Shown one piece after another: positions 8,201 through 14,200 of a stretch of 32,000 nt of DNA. The stretch is from Dickeya solani IPO 2222 (lineage in GTDB: Bacteria; Pseudomonadota; Gammaproteobacteria; Enterobacterales; Enterobacteriaceae). The notes beneath the pieces are model-generated. The model searched no databases and had not been told where the DNA came from. It was given only the letters and a program-made list of their open reading frames with translations. How positions within the stretch are numbered: position 1 is the first letter of the stretch; the number at the start of each line of letters is the position of its first letter. Location of the stretch: NCBI RefSeq assembly GCF_001644705.1, contig NZ_CP015137.1, forward strand, positions 1,560,001-1,592,000. The letters are read 5' to 3'. The position numbers and the translations under genes are program-made.

Positions 8201-11200
8201 TCGCCTGGCGCCTGGCAGGAGCCGGGCTTATAGCCAATTCTGTGTTTGCGGCGCAGGGGGTCGCCACTGCCTGTGGCTCGACACGTTCGGCCTTCAGGAG
8301 CGTCTGTTTGGCACTCGGTATCGATGTCTGAGACAGACCAGCCATAAGCTCAGCGCCGGTGTCAGAAGCAGAGGGCTGGGTCAATGTTGCTTCACCAAAA
8401 ACCGCAGAATCAGGAAGCGAAGATTGGCCAAGCCCGGAACAACGCTGAACCAGCAAGGCGAACTCTTGTAACGTTGGATGGCTGTATACTTCGGCAGCAT
8501 TCAGGTCCAGCCCGTAGTGCTGGTTGATCTTTCTGATCCAGGTGACACCGGTAATCGAATCCAGACCCAAATCGACAAACGCAACATTCGGATCGATCGC
8601 CTGAGGTTTGATTTGCAGCTCTTGAGACAGCGTTTGGCTTAAAAATTCCAGAATATTGGCTGGGGGCGTATTCGCGCGTTTCCGGGCATCAACCACATTT
8701 TCCCGAACATTGCTCCCAACAGTGACGTTGGATAACCCCACCGGTGCGGGTACAAAGCCGGGTGTCATCTCTGCCTCTATTTCCCGGCGTTCACCGGTTG
8801 CAGTATTTAGCCCCGCTTCTTTGATCACCAGCCCAGTGAATACTTTCAGACTGGGATAGCTGTACACGTCGGCAGCATTGAGAGTAAGCCCGTATTCCGC
8901 GTTGATGTTTCTAATCCAGGTGACGCCGGTAATCGAGTCCAGACCGAGATCAACAAAGGGTTGTTCACTTTCAATTTGTTCGGTTCTGATTTGCAACTCT
9001 TCTGCCAGCATGCGACGTAACAGGGAATAAACCTGTTCAAACACAGCATTACTGTCTTGTTCTTTCTGCACGGCACTCGTTGAATCCAACGCTTTCGTGC
9101 CCTGGACTCCAGAAACGCGCTGGTGACTGGCCTGCTCCTGACCACTGATTTGTTCCCGGTGGCTGAGCATCCCCTGGTTAAAATGCTGTTGGATACGAGC
9201 CAGCACCTCCTGATTGCCGACAAAAGTATGCTCATGCATCCGAAGCTCCAGAACATAATTCGCTTCGACTTGATTTCTGATGCGCCGCGAACGCTGTGTC
9301 TTCCTGGCAACCAGCTCATCTCGGGACATTCGGGCCATGGCATTGGCAGCCGCCAGAGCAAATGGCAGCACTTGAGCACGTTCAAGTACCGGGCTTTTGA
9401 GCCCGCGGGCCTGAAGTTCAAAACCTTTATACTCTTTGGCGGTAAACAGAACTTCTCTGGCAATATCCAGACCCAGGCGGCAGGGAAGAATGAGGGTTGA
9501 TCCGGCTCCCGGAGTGAATCCGTAGCGCATATAAGGACTGTAATAGACGCTTTCCTGACTGAAAATCGCATCGTCACAAAACATGCCCACAGCCCAGCCG
9601 GGACCAATACCATGCCCTTGCATGGCTGCGATCACCGGAATATCGCACTCCAGCGGTAAGGCAAAGATTTTCTCATCGGTAAACTTTGCGCTTCCCTTCT
9701 GGATCGCCTGCAACGTTTCCATCGTACCGCCGCTGGCAAAGTAGTGGTCATACCCGGTAAGCACCACCACTTTATAGGCCTGATTCTGGTGAATATGAGC
9801 AAAGATCTCTTCAAAACCGGCAACAAAGGCTTTCGAGAATTTATTACGACTTTCCCGCTCACACAACCGGACCAGCAGAACACCATTGTCATAGACTTCA
9901 GCGTCGATAACCGGAGAATTGAGCGCCACCTTGCGCGGCTTGCCCTGAGGTAATCCCAATTGCCCGGCCTTAAATGCCTGTAACCAGCTTTCCGTCAGTA
10001 CAGCGGATTCATGAGATTCAGGTACGGCCCTCTCGACAGCAAAAGCGAGCGGCCTCTCAGTCAACGCAACAGACTGACCGACAAGATTGGCTGCCAAATG
10101 TTGCTTCAATTGAATGAGCGCCTCTCTGGGCACGCTCGCCAGTTCCTGCGCCAGCTTCAGGCTTTCCTCGGCAACCTCCGTCGAAGGGAAAACCGGCATC
10201 AGCAAGCCCAGTTCTTTCAGATGGCGCCCTTCAATTCCCCGCCAATCGGTCAGCAATACCTGAGCCGCGGATGGTGTAAAACGCTCGCTAAGAAGATGAT
10301 ACAACTGCTGCGATACCATCTGTTTCTGGCTGACATACTGATAGCGGCCCGTGGTACTCAAAACAGCAAAATCGCACAGGCAGACAAACAACCACGCATA
10401 ACCTTTGCAATCGCCCGGTACAGAAGCGATCACTGGAAACGGCAACTCCAGAACGGTCCGATACAGCGCTTCTTGCAAAAACAGTTCGGTATCATCTTCG
10501 AGAGCGGGAAGAAAATGGTGTTCATCACCGCTGATCAGCAGAACGCTGATGTCCGTCCGATTTTTTATTTCATTGAGTAGACGGTGAAGATGACTGAGCC
10601 GGGCCATTCCCGGAGAATCCTCTATTAGCGAGCTGCCATTAGCATCATGAAGCCGAAGGCAAAATATGCCCTGGCCTTCATCCGTCAAACGAAATGGAGA
10701 GTTCTCAACGTTTAGATTCGAAACCTGAAATGGCGCTGCCACCTGAAATGCTTGCAGAGAAGCAAGTACCCGCTTGCCTTCTGCGCGTTCACCGGTTTTT
10801 TGACTGTCAGCTACGTCCAATACCGATAGCTCGGCATCTGCCGACATAACATCCGCCGACATAACATCTACCGACATAACAGTGGAGGCTCGTGCTGCCT
10901 GGCTATTCAGGGTATCCGGTGCCGAGTAGCGAGCGTCCTCTGGCAACCAGTACCGGTCTTGCTCAAAAGGATAAAGCGGCAAACCTGCCACACGTTGGCG
11001 CGGGGTCTGATACCATGCCGCCCAGTCGATTTGTCGACCTTCGAGCCATTGTCCGGCCAGCCCCCGTAAATCACGTCGCTGAATAGATGTATCGATGTCT
11101 GCCTGTTGCCGCCTGCTGTTACCTTTGTTTTTCTCTCCTTGCGCAACAGTGCCGGTAAGATAACTTTGAGCAAACGTATTCCGGTTTAGATAATCTTCCA

Positions 11201-14200
11201 GCCCAGTGAGTATCTCAGCATCGCTTTTTCCGGCAACAGCCAGGCGATGGCCTAAAGATTCACGTCCCAGTTGTAACGTATAAGCAATGTCTTTTAACCC
11301 ATTGGTTGTCAGATGCGGATGCTGCTGAATATACACTTTCAGTTGCCGGGCTAAGACATGCAATTGCGCTTCACTTCTGGCAGAAAGCAGTAATAGCGCG
11401 GGCTCAGGATCCAATTCCGGGAATTGGCTTGCTGGCGACACTTCCGACGGTCGGAATTCTTCAAGCACCATATGGACATTGGTCCCGCTAAAGCCGAAAG
11501 AACTCACTGCTGCGATCCGCTTTCCCTGAGAATTCGGTTGCCAATCCTTAACCTGGGTATTGACGACAAAAGGCGTGTCTTCAAAGGGAATCAGTGGATT
11601 CGGCTTTTCATAGTTCACGCTGGGAGCCAACTTACGATGCTTGAAAGACAGCAGGAGCTTGATCAGCGCACTGACCCCAGAAGCATGGACACAATGGCCG
11701 ATGTTACTTTTTACCGATCCAATTGCACAAAAACCGGTACGCTGGGTCTGTCTGCGGAAGGCATCTGTCAGGGCGGTGATCTCGATTGGATCACCTAGCT
11801 TCGTTCCGGTGCCGTGAGCTTCAATATAGGTCAGATCGTCAGCACTGAGATTCAGCTCATCGTATACCTGGCAAATCAACTCGGTCTGCGAGCGACTGCT
11901 TGGCGCTGTAATCCCGTTCGTCTTACCATCCTGGTTCATGCCTGAGCCTTTGATCACACTATAAATGTGGTCTTTATCGTCAATTGCATCCTGCAACCGC
12001 TTTAGGATCACGACACCAACCGCTTCGCCCGGCACAAAACCATCAGCCCGGTGATCAAAAGGCTTACAACGCCCATCGGCCGACAACATCCCGGCTTTGG
12101 CACACAAAATGTGGAAGTTGGCCGTGGTATGGATTGAAACACCACCGGCAATTGCCATATCGATAGCGCCGTTTCTCAAACTTTCACAAGCCAAATGTAC
12201 CGCAGCCAATGACGATGAAGAGGCGGTATCGATCGCCATCGCCGGGCCTTTCATGTCCATAAAATAGGCAATCCGGGCAGCCAAAATCGATGAGTCGTTC
12301 CCCATAAATGAAGAGGCATCGAGTGGGATATCATGCTGTCGCAGATTAGCCTGATAGTCCCCGGCATCGGCACCGGCATAAACGGCCCATTTTTTGTCTT
12401 TTATCTCACGGTTGGCATATCCAGCATCTTCCAGCGCGTGCCAACTTTCCTGTAAAAACAAACGTTGCTGAGGGTCCATTTGCCTGGCTTCTTTGCCGGA
12501 AATTCCAAAAAAAGAAGCATCAAATTTATCAATATCTTCAATAAACCCGCCCCATCGGCCATAGGTCTTATTTGGCTTCGTACGGTCTTCATCAAAATAG
12601 GCAGCAATATTCCAACGCTCTGCCGGGACTTCGGAAATACAATCGCCACCGTCCAGTAACAAGGACCAGAACGCATCGACATTCACCACGCCGGGGAAAC
12701 GTGCGGACACTCCGATAACGGCAATATCCCCCTCATAACCCCCCTCATAGATAGGCCGGGCCGTCTTGCTGGTATCATCCGTTTTTTGCAGGATTTTTCT
12801 TGTCTGGTTGGCTTCGCTGCGTTGTACCGTATCATCCTGAATATCGATTTCCCGCCACTCCGACTGCATACGCGTCACAATAGCATTCTGATAATTTTCC
12901 ATCAGATAGCAGCGTAAATCATTCACACAGCCATAATCGAAGAGCACCGTACTGGGAAGTTTTATCGCAAAAGCGCCGTTCAGTTTTACAACCAAATTAA
13001 TTGCTGCAAAGGAGTCAACGCCATACTCAGAAAATGCTTTAGCCTCGTCGATATCAACCTTTTTCTTCAGACATTCAAGCAAGTTCTTCACGAGCACTGC
13101 GTTGATATAATTCAGGATGGCGTCTTCGTCGATGTCGACGGATTGCGGCACAATCTCTTGTTCTGTCTGCTGATACTCTGCCTGTTCATATTCCGATTCA
13201 GACCGGAGAGTCGGTAACCGCCCACGATGATCACCGATCTGTTGCATCAGGATCGTATCTGTCGACGGCAACCTTTGCTGCGAAGCTGTTGCAGACTCAG
13301 ATTGTGCATTTTCATTACTTGAAGCAATCGTCTGTGATGAGGGAGTAAAAACCAGTTCGGCTAACACAGTGGCTGGTATGGTGTAAGTCCACACGCCGGA
13401 AGATTCTGATACATACTGGATTGAGTCGATACTGCGCAGGAATATTTCAGCCGGTTTGTTTTTATCACTTGCCGCAAATCGGATTTCAACGGTCTCTTTC
13501 TTCCGTTCCAGAGCTTTCCGACCTAGTACATTCAGCATCTGATATTCAACACCACGCCCCAGCACACGACAACTGAGCAATCCCCCATCAACGGATAGCA
13601 CATTTTCCCGCTCGGAGAAAAAGCACAAACCGCAAATACCATAATCGCCGAATCGATCAGCGACACGGATACTCAGACAACCCTGTTCTGGGCTCTGAAT
13701 TCTGGCAAGAATATCGGCAACGGTGTATGGCGCTTTGACAAAGTTAAACTGATTGGTGCGATGCGTCAGTTGAGATAGTCTCTCAGCCTGGTCTTGCGTC
13801 GCTGGCTGGATTGTAATTTCAAGTTCCAGTCCGCGAATGAACGCCTCCATACTGAATGCACTCTGACGGAACGCTTCACGCCGAACCTGCTCCTGATACA
13901 TGTGGGTACGTTTTGCGTCTTCATTCGTTTGGCGATGCACCTGATCAAAGCCCCAGACATGAGCAAGGAATCCCGGAATATCGTTACTATTTTCAGGCAA
14001 TCGCAAACTTAATACCTGTGGGCAGCCAGCAGAAACTTCAGCGTATTCAATCGGACTATCATCCAGAAAAATAAAGCTATCCAAGCCCAGGTTTAGGTTT
14101 TTTGCCAGACGTTGAAGATTATCGGACTTGGCATTCCAGTTGATTTTTGTGTCAACAAAATCATGCCATTGCAAAATCATGTCGTCACGACTGTCAAATA

